Assembly (NCBI GenBank): GCA_028534125.1
Contig: CM052817.1
Coordinates: forward strand, 15,874,001-15,938,000
Direction of reading: 5' to 3'
DNA from: Lama glama
Lineage: Eukaryota
Length of the DNA stretch: 64,000 bases
Made by a program: the position numbers and the translations under genes. The first letter of the stretch is position 1; every line of letters starts with the position of its first letter. Of the stretch, positions 52,501 to 64,000 are shown piece after piece. Below the pieces are notes generated by a model. The model did no database searches and had not been told where the DNA came from. It saw nothing but the letters and a program-made list of their open reading frames with translations.

Positions 52501-54559
52501 CTCATTTACCAAAAGCAACGTGGACTTACTAACCCTGACAGACTCCTTATCGCACTAGATCTACTCTTTCCTCTGGGTCTAAGAATTCCTATGTCAGTCT
52601 GCAAGCAGACTCGAGAAAAAGCTGGGGTACAGCACATTCCAACTCACCACAGCAGCATCCATTCAACAGGAGAGGGAACCGAACGACACTCAGCCCTTTT
52701 CCCGCCACTGCCAGGGGCTGGGTGCTCCTGCTGCAAACTCCTTGGGCTTTGCAGCTGGAGCTGAGGCCGAATGAGTTCACGGTGGCCTCTCAAGTCAGAT
52801 GAGCCCGGCCACTCTAAGCACAGCCCCGCTGTTTTGCAACTTAGCAGAAAACAAGCTGTTAGCCACGAGTCCCAGCATAGCCCCTTCAATTTTCCAAATC
52901 ATGATGTGTACACTTGGCTGTTTATGTCTGGGATGGGCACCATCATGTGTGGTTATACCAGGGGGTAGGCTGCCTTTAGGAAGCACTGCCTGGAGGTTTC
53001 ATGCAATTAAGCTTGAATTTGACCCTCAGAGAATGGCAGATACAATCCATGGAGTCATATGCTATGTTCTTCACCTTGATAAATTTCTTTCTGTGAGTGC
53101 TTACCGACCGTACAAAATGCGTTACCTGCAGCTAAGGGATCTCGGGTCACTACTCTTTGTACGGCCTTTCTTCCCGCCTCCATGGAAAAAATACCAGGTC
53201 AGTATCTATTTGCAAGAGTGTCAGTGACTATGATTTTGGCTAAAGGTCAAAAGGCTTTTATACCCCAGATATTTTTTCCTTTGTAATTTTTCTAAAATGA
53301 GAAAAATGGTACCACTTCTGTCTATTTCTTAGTATCCTTATCATGATATATGCCATTTGGACATTCAGCAAGTACAGCTGCATTGGCTGTTAAAATATTA
53401 AAACACATCCATGCTGGCTAGTTGGGTACACCAGTGCTCACCCTAGGATGCAACCTCTCTTGGAGGCAACAACCAAGGGGGAGAGCCTAGCACAGCAGAG
53501 CAGGAGGCTCCACCACCCCTCTCTGGGCTGCATCTGGGTCCATTAGTATTGGCCACCATACCTCTGGTTATATATTCCAAATAGCGTCCCTGGATATACG
53601 GGATAATAAATGCAAGACTACTTAAAGATTCTTGGAAGTACAGTCCCAAGGTTCCATGTATATTTAAGATAATATTACAGTAATAACTCATGTAATCAAT
53701 ATGGTTGGGGCATAGTATGTTCAGAATTACCTGATTTGCCATTTACTCGAGGTTAATCCATTTCTGCAGGGAAACTGACCGAAGCAAAGGACCTCCCTAC
53801 AAACAACAGAGAGAGGGTATCTTGGACCTGTTTTTCAGACATTTGACTTTAGTGATTGAGCTTGTCTCTAATTCATATTTGTAGCAGAAAAGAGCACTTT
53901 TTCACCAAATACAAATACGACATCTGTCATCTGGACCATCACAAATACATAGAAACAGCACGCGATGCCTGCCGAGTTGCTGATCTCCGATGATGTTGGT
54001 TAAGCAGGATGGAAGAGAGAAAATTCATCCTCCCCAGATGATACAGGAATAAAGGCACAGACATTTAAAGAAATAAAGTAAAATTTGAAATGTAAAACGT
54101 CAGAGGTGGTGCTTAGGAATAATGAAACTGTAAGAAGTTAAACACAATCAGGTTTAAAGAGATAATGATAAAAATGAAAATCTGAAATCTCTTGCCAGTA
54201 GAGTAAACCTAGTCTAGGAAGAGGAATTCAATATTTCTTGCAAATAAACAGCAGTTTCTAAAAATAAAAAGCACAGCTGTGCAAAGCAGAGAGTTTCAGG
54301 TAGTGATGGTCAAAGTGTGACTTTTTGTGACTCTGTGAAATTACAGAAGAGGGATTGTAAGCCGGCAGGTAACTGAGATTTTATTAAACTGACAGACTGT
54401 ATTTTAACACATTCCTGATGAAATATACATGTGCTCACTTTTCAGATGTAATCTGTATGAAAGCACTTTGTGAAGCACTAAACCAGTATACGTTCAAGTA
54501 GATTCCAAAGAATCAAATACCTGTGAGAGACTTAGTGAAAAATCAAACTATGATTTCAC

Positions 54560-54735
54560 ATTGTTTCTCTGTTAGATATTCACAACCCTCATGAATCTAT
54601 TAAAGGCTCTGAAAAGTCCTGCAATTATGGTTTTTTCTTTCTTTAACTTTTTTTTCTTTCTTTAATCAATATTTCCCAAATTTACCTGAGCAGAGAAACC
54701 CTTTTCATTTGTCACAATTTGGGGAATGTTCCATT
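54560..54735. mobile_element. Probable hAT-Charlie-type DNA transposon fragment
   Basis: tattaaaggctctgaaaagtcctgca...tttcccaaatttacctgagcagagaaaccc resembles remembered ancient Charlie elements. Confidence 0.45.
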
Positions 54736-56099
54736 AGCATAATAGAAGGAGTTATTATTTTGCTCTTGGAAGATTTTTGAAACATAAATTTTCTGTGCAT
54801 ATCTTCAGGTGTCTGACCCTCAAGATTCTCAGTTACCCTCACAGGCTTCACCTGTGACTCCCTAGCTGTACCAGTGATGTTGGTTTGAGGGTCTTTCAGC
54901 TGCTGGTTAAGCAAAGATTAACTGTATTATTATTTGATTTCAGCGATTCTACCTACTGTCAACTCCCCACAGGATCAGATAAGTCCTACCACTGTGGTCT
55001 TCCTGGGCTCAGGATGCTAGTTTGCAAGCTTCCCTAATTGCTGCACCCCCCTTCACTTCCGACCCTGAATTTTTATCACTGGCAAGTGTTAGCAGGAAGG
55101 GCAGTCCTGTGGCTGAAGAAAGAAAGAAAATTTAGAGCAAGTGCCTTCTTTTAAGGACAGCAGCCTTAGCAAAAATGTTACAAATTAGCTACAATATCAG
55201 GTTCTCATTCGTTCCTGATTTCCTCAGGTGCCTGTACTTGGCTCTCCAACGGCTTTCAAATTTTATTTTCCTTTCTTTGATTGTGCTGGTAGAAAGATGG
55301 AATTCTAAAGGAAATGCATCATAAAATTTGTATTTGGGCAGTCTTATCAGCATTGGACATACATAATCTTTCCTTGCAAAGTTTTTGCTATGAAATTGCA
55401 CACAAATTTGTTTCTAAAAAGAGGGAGACAGAGAGAGGAAACCCTCTATGTTTTTATGGTGTTTGATGTCTATTTATATGTTTCTTAAAGATAAAGCATT
55501 TATTCTATGCATGATTTGAATTTTAAGCATCTCTTCTCTTTGCCTTAACGGAAGTGAATTCTTATGGCATAGCCAAATTTTACACTCAATTTATTCTGTA
55601 GAGTAACTCCCTTTCTTTCTCCAGATGGGACTATAAACCAGTAGGAAAAAAAAAGTTTTTTTAAGTGTTCCTAATTGAAAATATGGGATCTACTTCTGAA
55701 ATAAAATCAAAAGCTCAGGGAAAAGCACAGAACATTATTGGTAGAGGATACTGATACCCATAAAACAAAATAAATTTATTGGAGCCAGTCTGGCTTGGTA
55801 ACTAGGATGGGTCGGTAACTCTCAAGGCACTGTCTGACCGAGTCATGGAAAGGGCACCGTATGGCAGGATGCCGAAAAGGAAAGACTGACTTATAGGGTA
55901 AAAAAGATTCCTCCAGCTTCTTTGAAAGCTATAGGAAATCAAAGAGAACGGCTTCTAACGGCCTCGAAGATGAAAGGGAGAAGAATTAACTACAGAGCCA
56001 TGGAGAGCAGGCCAAGTACCGGACAGATCAACAGGGACCACTGTTTACGGAGGATCCAGTAATGATAACATGGGAAAAAAAACTTCTTTGCTTAAGAAT

Positions 56100-56120
56100 T
56101 GTGTGTGTGTGTGTGTGTGT
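56100..56120. repeat. (TG)n microsatellite, short
   Basis: Directly visible. Confidence 0.9.
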
Positions 56121-56194
56121 TTCCCCACAAAACACCTGTAATAATGCTCTGTGCAAGCAGAACAGACCTCCACCAGGGAACCCAAAATTATATC

Positions 56195-56480
56195 ATAATA
56201 GCACCACCTCATAATAGTTTTTGAGTGCTTACTGTGTTCCAGGAAACTGTGCTAAGCTCTGTGCAGGTATGATTAAATTCTCACAGAAACCTTTGAGGCT
56301 GAAATCCTGTCCCTAGTGAAAGGTCCTAAGCAAATATTCATTGAATTACTAAACGTTGCCTTGATGTGGTTACCACTATTCTTCTACATACCAGAAAAAT
56401 GGAGTCTGGGAGAGCCTTGCAGAGGTGAGGGAAGCGTACGGCTAGTAGTTGCAGAGGCTGGCTGGCACCCAGGACTGTCT
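56195..56480 (-). mobile_element. MIR SINE, degraded (further + strand MIR pieces at ~56640-56830 and ~57000-57240)
   Basis: ttgagtgcttactgtgttccagg...ctgtgctaagc...ttaaattctcacagaaacctttgagg. Confidence 0.7.
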
Positions 56481-57758
56481 GCGTCTATGTTTTATTTAGG
56501 CAATACTAACTAAATTAAGACAGAGATGCGAATGATCTTCCTCACAAAGGCTACGAGGGATGGGGTCTCGGGACCTGGAGCCATGGCTGGAGGGACAGCA
56601 CAAAAGCCAGGAGAGAGTTAAGAGCATGGGTACAGGACAAAGGGCCACCTAGTTTGATTTGGGAGTCCGTTAGAACTAACCGTGTGATTAATTATCCTCT
56701 TTGCTGATCTCAGTTTCTTTACCTGCAAAATGGGGGAGTAGAAATCCATCTTATTCAATTGCGAAAGCTTCAGGCCGTGTAGACAAAGTGGTATTGAAGT
56801 GTTCAAAACTGGTAAATATTATTTTTATTGTGTGTAAGAAAAATAGCAACCCTAGCTGCCCTGAGTTTGTCGAGTGGCATTTCATCGTATGACCACGTGA
56901 AACTAAGAACCACTTGGGATCTTGGTTTCTTCATCAGCACAAATACGGAGTTGAACTATGAAGGGGTTCTAGGGTCACCTCCTGCTCTCAAGCTCAGCTG
57001 TGCTAGTCACTCCTGACAGCATAACAGTGACGAGTGCAGGTGCGATGAGGGCCAGGCCTGCCGGAGTCAGATTCTTGCTCAGCCACTTCAAAGTTGTGCG
57101 GTCCTGAGCACAGTGCTTAACCCCTTAAGGGCCTTAATTTCTAATTTCTAATATACAAATAGTAACGTCATAGTCTCAGCTTCCACCTTTGTAACACATG
57201 AAATGATAGTAACTACTGGATACAGTTGTTGCGAGGATCAAAGAAATGTTCGATGCTGAGGCCAGCTGTCACAAAGAGGACAAATGGCCCTCTATCAGAC
57301 AGCTTTTGGAGTTTGAAATTCTCACCATACACCTAAGTCAGGTTTGGCGAGGCAGATACGTGACAAAGAAAAAAATGAAGGACGGAATTTGGAAGGAATG
57401 AACACGATGGTAGTTCAAGCTTTGATGTGGAGCAAGAAAGGGAAACCATGGAGCTTTTATTTAGTCATTAAATAAAGAAGGTTCCTAAAAATTGTAATAG
57501 CTCTGCTAACAACACCCCAACAACAATGTGCGCTTGGGACCCTGAAGAGGAGGATGGTTGGTCTTCAGGGGAAGAGATGCTCTGATAGAGAAGTGGGGCA
57601 TTAAAAGAGTGGGAGTGAAGGTTGGGGTGATAACTCCTTCACACACAGTTCTCTCCCAGACGTGAGATACACAACTGTCACTCACCAAGGAAAGATCTAA
57701 GGTCTATTTCAAATAATGGTCTCAATGGACCATTTACTCAGACAGCCTTTAGGGTAGC

Positions 57759-58057
57759 TATCATAGACTGAATTGTGTCTCCCCAAAATTGACATGTTCA
57801 CATCCTAACCCCCTCAGTGTGACTATCCGGAGCCAGAGCCTTTAGGAAGTAATTAAGGTTAAATGAGATCATAAGGGTGGGGCCCTAATCTGATAGTACT
57901 GACACCCTTATAAGAGGAGGAAGAAACACCAGAAACAGGTACGCACAAGGGGAAAGAGCATGTGAGGGTACAGGGAGAAGGCGGCCACCTGCAAGCCAGG
58001 AAGAGACGCCTCAGAAGAAACTCATCCAGCTGGCACTTTGACCTTGGACTTCCAGCC
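57759..58057 (+). mobile_element. MaLR LTR (MLT1A/MLT1B-like), 3' part missing
   Basis: actgaattgtgtctccccaaaatt...gtaattaaggttaaatgagatcataagggtggggccctaatc...ctgcaagccaggaagag...ctggcactttgaccttggacttccagcc. Confidence 0.92.
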
Positions 58058-59603
58058 ATCGCTGGAACCATCACTGCTGAACACCCTTCCCACAACCCTC
58101 CCCTGAGGATGGAGTCTGCCCCTCTGCTGAGCTCTGCCCTACGAACGACACTGCCCGCTTCTGCACATTCACTAAAACCGCGAGGATCGGTCATCCAGCA
58201 GCTTCCCTGAGAATGGGCACAAAGCAAAATGGTATTTTACATACGATCACCTGTCCCCTAAAGAGAAGAACAGAATGGAAGCTCAGCTATCTGTAAACGT
58301 GTCCTTGTTTAAAAAAATAAGCAAAATCTCACAGAAGCTGTTCACCTCATAAGTGGCTACAATGAGTGAAAAAATAAAGAAATGGATAGTTCTAAGACAA
58401 ATACAAATATGAAAAAGAAAAACATTTTCACTCTCATTCAGCTTCTACCATCATCACCCCTTCTCTTCTGACTTTGAAGGCTAACATGGTACCTGTCTGT
58501 CAATAATAAAAGTAAGAAGTAAATGTATTTTGAGGCATCTATATTATAAGCCTCCTGACATATTTTTCAATCACAATTTATATTAAATTGCCTTCTCTTT
58601 TCACATACTATGGGTGCCAAACTAAGTTTAAAAAGCCGCTAGTAGATTGTATAGAAGGACACAGAATCACACAGAAATGGTAGTATGTCCAGCTGGCATT
58701 TACAGAAGGTCTCCATTCAGACATGAGTGGCCATAGTTAGAACCCCACTCCCAGCCTCTGAGCACCCAATTTCCATCCAGTTTTGCTCACTACCAGTTAA
58801 AAGGCTCCAGCATTACTCTGAACCCACTCCAACCTGACCATTTGAAAGAAAATTATGTATTCCATAGTAAAATGCTTGCCAGTTAAGGTCACCCAAACAT
58901 TCCACTCCATTCTGTTTGAATTTGCTGGCTGGAGACACTTTAATTCATTTTATAGCCGAACTGTTAGATTATGCTCCGTTTATTATAAACATTTGGTTTG
59001 CATAGAAGATTTGCTATGTTTTATTAATCCATCACATAGTCTTTCTAAAAATATGATGAACGAGGTAGCATCCAATGTCATTCTTTACACACTCATAGGT
59101 GGTTTGGCAATTAACACGTTGAGCCTCTGCAACTCTTCTGAATCAAAGGCTGTTTTCTGATGTGGATCTATCTTGCCCACCTCATCTATGGAATTACAAA
59201 ACATATGATAAATCCTAGCACTGGACAGAGTTATTTCCATCAGGTTATAACCCTATTTGATAAACTCAAATCAGCAGCAAAACTATACCAGATTAATGAA
59301 AAGCCATCAGAAAGTGCACCATGCCATTTCATTTCTGGGGAATTACAGCTAAGATACATTCTAAAACATTCAGAACAAATGGGGCAGGCTTTTTAGAAGC
59401 ATATTTTATTTAAAGTGACTGGGAAAAAAAAAAAAAACACCCGCAGGATTGTATGTTCACCACATCATGTCCAAGAAGCTGAAACAGGAACAAAATAAAA
59501 TGGAATGTGTTTTTGCCGATGAACAAAAGCTTCTTCAATTATAAAAGAGTAAACTGATAATAGAATCCCAGAGACAAAGAAGTAATATAAACACATGGCT
59601 CAC

Positions 59604-59639
59604 CGCTTACCGTATATACAGCATGGAAACAAGTTACAC
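59604..59639 (-). other. Candidate microexon (29 nt using the donor at 59610, or 36 nt using the donor at 59603) of an unidentified minus-strand transcript
   Basis: Minus strand: CTAAG branch-like site (~59720), ~70-nt AG-free pyrimidine tract, tgtgtgcaataag|GTGTAACTTGTTTCCATGCTGTATATACG|gtaagcg|gtgagc. Confidence 0.55.
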
Positions 59640-61134
59640 CTTATTGCACACAGAGACAAGGAAAGAGCAAAAAAAAAGAAAAAAAGACAGAAAACAGAGG
59701 AAGAAATAAAAGCTGCACACTTAGCCCACGTTACATTCAAAGAATAACTTCACGTCTAAAAATGGTTTAACCCAATAACGTAGCAAAAATTCTAGCTTAT
59801 GTGTAATTTTTGAAGACTCCCAGCACCATCTTCTTTTTAAGAAGATAAAATTGTCATATTCAGATGTTGACCTTTCACCATGCAGTATGAAGCCATTAAT
59901 AAAAATTTATTTTAACACCAAGCCCAAAATGCTTTGAAATATCAATTTTAAAGGATACTTTCTCTTGTATCCTTTATTATAAATGTTACACAGACAAAGG
60001 CAGAAACCAAAAATCAATTTTTAATATATTTCTTCCTACCACAGGGCATGAGAAACATTAATGGTTTCTGCATCTACATGGTTACAATTATTAGCTTTGC
60101 CTTTCTAACACAGTGCTCATAAAGTATGCTGGGCTTACGATCTGGGGAGTGGGGGTGGGGGGGCTATTCTTAAGGTTTTTCTGGATGTAAGTTAATAAGC
60201 AATAATCCAAGATCTTGAGAGTCATGCCATTACTTGCTTCCCCCATCCAGCATCCTGATATTTACATGATCACTTACACGGAAGCGGCAGAACAACTTAA
60301 AACTTAATGATCCCAATTCACAACCCCGCAGGGGGGAGAAGAAGCTGCTGGAAACCTATTGAGGGATGTTACAGTGGCTCTTGCTGTACACGGAGGGGAA
60401 ATAACCACTCCCATGGTTTTGCTTCTCCTCTGCTCAAAGGGACTCAGATGTGCTTCCTGCCTCTTCACTTCGTGTCCAGTGTCGTTACGGCTATTGCTGA
60501 GGACAGGTGCAGTGGACATTTCCTCTTCCATCTGCTCCTAGTGCCTGATCTCTCTGGAGAACCACTTCTGTCTCTCTGGGTGTCTTACAGGGACTGTTCA
60601 TCAGGGTACGTGGCTCGCTCCTAGCCATGGGTACGCACAGGCATCAGCCCGCTGAAAGGACTGCTTTACAGGTCCTCAGGAATGCTCTGGCCCCGACGGC
60701 ACTGAAACCTGGTTCTTCAGGCCTTCCTCTAATTCTGTTAGCTTCCCCACAGCCTTTCCTCTCTGCTTTAACGAACATAGCCAGCATCACTTCCCGTGGC
60801 TTGAATTCAAACTACCTGCCGGCAGAAAAGGGGAGACAAGCAGCTCGCTCTTCACTGTCCTCCAGACTCATAGCCAGTGATGCCACTTATCTGCTTAAGT
60901 ATTTTCTGTAGCTCCCGTCCTTCTCTGTGGTTTGAAATCCTTACTCCTCGGCCAGGCCCTCAAGGCTCCTGTGCACTGGTTTCACGCTGTCCATCCAAAC
61001 TCACCTCCCACTTCCTACAACAAGGAATCCACAGAAACTGAACGAGTTTACTTTCCTTGCTTAACATTCTATTCTGGGAAGAGCCATGTTCTTTTCGTCC
61101 TGCCACTTCATACATCTCCCCATCTTTATCAACC

Positions 61135-61560
61135 GTGATTCTTAGTTGGAAACAACAGAACCCATTTGTGCCAGTTTAAGCTGAAGGAAAAATTATCAAA
61201 TGATGTAAACTTCATCTGAGAAACTCCAGGAGCATTATTAGGCCAGAGGCTCAGCAACCAAGCGAGAGCAATGCTCCAGTTACATCCCGGGCCTGCTCAG
61301 GGGGACACAAGGCAGTTGAGGCAGGACTGCCCAGTGCCCAGAAAGAGGCTGGCACAGGAGGCTTCCCCGCAGTTCTCTCCCCGTCACTGCCTCTGAAGGC
61401 AGGTTCTGAGTGGAGCCTACTCCTTCCCGTATTTTGTTTCCAAACTCAAATGAATCTGGGTGCAGAATGTAGACCACATGCCTGCACCTTAGAAAGGACC
61501 CTGGGAAGAAGATTCTGTCTTCTGCCTTTAGGGAGGACAAATGCATATGGTGCTGGGTGT
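61135..61560 (-). mobile_element. Ancient MaLR LTR (old MLT1-type), degraded
   Basis: gattcttagttggaaacaacagaacccatttgtgccagtttaagctgaaggaaaaattat resembles an antisense MLT1 3' end. Confidence 0.55.
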
Positions 61561-61734
61561 CCCTGAACTTGACAAGCCTCCACTATCCTAGCTCCTCTGG
61601 CCCTACCTCCTCCATAAGACCGTCTTCAAGCTTTTACTATGTAACGTTCTCCCTTGTCTCTGAATTCCTTTTAACTTACTATCGACAGCTCCAGTGTTCA
61701 GCTGGATTAAACACATTTAAACCACGTTATGACT

Positions 61735-61865
61735 GGGGGCTGGATATAGCTCAGTGGTAGAACACATGTTTAGCATGCATGAGGTCCTGGGTTCAATTCC
61801 CAGCACCCTCATTAAAAATAAAGTAGATTTATTTTAAAAAAATAATATAAAAATCTTATTAAAAA
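61735..61865 (+). mobile_element. tRNA-Ala-derived SINE (camelid Vic-1-like) with A-rich tail and 15-bp TSD
   Basis: A box tagctcagtggtag, B box gggttcaattcc, body ttagcatgcatgaggtcc similar to tRNA-Ala. Flanking direct repeats taaaccacgttatga (61718-61732) and taaactaccttatga (61866-61880). Confidence 0.9.
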
Positions 61866-62981
61866 TAAACTACCTTATGATGTGCAGAGCGTTTCCAAAC
61901 ATACCATCTCTTTTGATCTTCCCAACACTCTGTCAGTTGGGTTTCTACTTTTGTAGGTGAGGCAGTGGAGTTTTGGTAAAGTTGAATGACTTGCCCAACT
62001 TCTTACTTAAAACACACTCTCCACATTACCCTCAGTAAACACGCTATGAGGGCAGAAGTTTCCTTGGGTGTCTGTTTTCTCAAATTGCTAACCTCATGTC
62101 TAGAAAAGTGTAATGGACTTGGCATGTATGCTGTCTTTTCTGAACTCACAGAACAATGTTAAACAGCACGCCCACCAAGGGACATCACATTTCCAAGGAC
62201 GACGAGGAGGAAATGTTTCCAGGGTACCATTGCTGCAGAAATTCCCCTCTAGGTCCCTTACAGCCACTCAAGCCAGCTGGGCAGCTTGAGAGAAATCAGG
62301 TATGGGCTGGAAAAAGAGCATTTCTGGAAAAAGGGATCAGCATCACCTATTAAAGAGAAGGAGTCAGGAGGAGGAAGTTTCCCTGCACAGAAACCGAGAG
62401 GACAGCCCCAAACCTTCAGAGGGGAGCCAAGAACAGACATCAAGGACCTAAAAGCAGGAACGTCAAAAGCTTTTTAAGCTCTTTAATTTCTCCATGCGTA
62501 TGTGTTTTTAAAAAATTATTCTTCTTCTTCCTTGTTTGGTTTTGGTTTTGGTTTTGTATTTCTTTTTTATATTTCTTGTTCTTGAATTTTTTTTTTTTTG
62601 CCCTGATTTATTTGACCACAAAGTGCTCAGCCATGGTACTTTTCTTTGAGACCACAAGGAATGGGAAAGCTAAGGAGATGCTCGTCTTTGTGGGAAGAGA
62701 GAGCTCAGGGATAGGATGAGGGTGACTGCATTAAAGAAAAGGGAAGCAGAAGAGCTTGTATGACAAACGGGCCCTGAGGCAAGAAACAAAATGCAAGACC
62801 AAAATAGAGGCCCAGAATTAATCAGACAAAGAACAAGTTTTGACTCGGCTGCATCAAGAAAGTGACACTTTTCATCTCATTTCTCCTCGAACACTAAAAG
62901 TGTATCCACCCTCACCCAAAAGCAAGAGATTTCTGAGAAACTCCTTGGCATATGCCTTCTCTCCCTAGTATGGGTTTTTAT

Positions 62982-63442
62982 CTGTCAGGAGATAGATGTT
63001 CTACTATAACAAAGATGCTCAAAATAACAGTGGGTTAAAAAGAAAAAAGTTTCACATGGTAGTTCTAATAACATGCAGTCCTGGGCTGAAATGCTAGGAC
63101 TATTTCAGGTATTTAGCCTGAACGGTAGGTACCTGACCATCCTCGACACACTGACCTAGAGGGCTGCCCCAGCTCCTGCCATCATGACAGCATTCCGGCC
63201 ATTGGGAAGAGGAACAAGGCATTCTACTAGGCATGCTCCTGCTCTTTATGGGTGGGGCCTGGAAGCTGAAAACATGCTCACTCACATCCCATTGACTACA
63301 GCACTACACTGCCCCACTACCAGAAAGTCAAAGAAATGGAGTCTGTAACTGGGCAGTCAGGTGCTCAGCTAGAACTCAGAGCTGCTACACTACAGTAAAG
63401 AAGAAATGAGAGATATGGAGGGACAGCCACCAGTGTTTGCCA
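62982..63442 (-). mobile_element. MaLR LTR (MLT1J-like)
   Basis: aaaataacagtgggttaaaaag...ccagctcctgccatcatgacagcattcc...ctcacatcccattgac...agatatggagggacagccaccagtgtttgcca. Confidence 0.75.
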
Positions 63443-63459
63443 AAAAGGCTAGAAATAAA

Positions 63460-63670
63460 AAAGACCTAGGATAAAATCCTGGTGCCATCACTGACCAGCT
63501 CCTTAACTTTAAATAGGTTACTATCCTGGTTAAGTCTTGGTTTTCACATCTATAAAGTGAGCATAAAAACACCCATCATACAGAAGAGCTACGAAGAATC
63601 AGTGGGATAAATGCACATGAAGAACCTGACCCACAGAACTGGCAGTTGACAAATGACAGTTATTAGTATT
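63460..63670 (+). mobile_element. MIR SINE
   Basis: aaatcctggtgccatcactgaccagct...gtcttggttttcacatctataaagtgagcataa. Confidence 0.7.
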
Positions 63671-63689
63671 TTACTGCTATTATTTTTAA

Positions 63690-63912
63690 CTCGAGTTGGC
63701 AAACTACAGCCCGAAGGCCAAGTCCAGCCCACCATCTGTGTTAGAAAACAAAGTTTTATTGGACCACAGTCATGCCCAGTTGCTTGTAGATCACCTACGG
63801 CTGCTTTCACACCACAAGGGCAGAGGTGGGTGGTTGAGACAGAAACTGGATGGCCTGCAAAATTAATATATTTACTCTCTGGTCCTTTTAAGAAAAAGTT
63901 TGCTAACCTCTG
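63690..63912 (+). mobile_element. MER58A hAT-Charlie element
   Basis: gttggcaaactacagcccgaaggccaagtccagcccacc...aaagttttattggaccacag...atatttactctctggtcctttaagaaaaagtttgctaacctctg. Confidence 0.92.
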
Positions 63913-64000
63913 ATCTATAAAGCCAAACAAATCTTACTTTTTCTGAGTCACATATGCTCTGTTTCTTCAGTTGCAAATAAGTCATCATGTTTCATCACAT

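Noticed and set aside
61735..61812. Functional tRNA-Ala gene
   Set aside because: Extra 5' G-rich leader, stem mismatches, an A-rich tail and flanking TSDs indicate a SINE.
1..64000. Known miRNA hairpins, CRISPR arrays or prokaryotic-type systems
   Set aside because: I saw no mature miRNA sequence I recognise and no repeat-spacer array, and the DNA is clearly mammalian. A manual scan could miss a small RNA, so an Infernal/Rfam and miRBase search would be decisive.

Overview
Mammalian genomic DNA of moderate GC content, most likely from a camelid. The evidence is a tRNA-Ala-derived SINE with target-site duplications at ~61.7 kb, cetartiodactyl-type L1 3' ends, and no Alu, B1/B2, Bov-A/Bov-B or PRE-1 elements that I could see. 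I recognise no protein-coding exon, tRNA/rRNA gene or miRNA, and the ORF track looks like noise. The window reads as a large intron or gene desert. Many ancient repeats (MIR, L2, old L1, hAT MER3/5/20/58, MLT1/LTR33) alternate with repeat-free blocks carrying developmental transcription-factor motifs. The strongest non-repeat signal is a minus-strand microexon-like cassette at 59604/59611-59639, with a long AG-free pyrimidine tract and two competing donors 7 nt apart. Other points are weaker exon candidates, nested TE insertions, candidate enhancers and patches of apparent AT-to-GC substitution inside old transposons. I could not name a host gene and found no convincing new biological system. 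Repeat families were assigned from remembered consensus sequences, not from a search, so boundaries are approximate (tens of bp).
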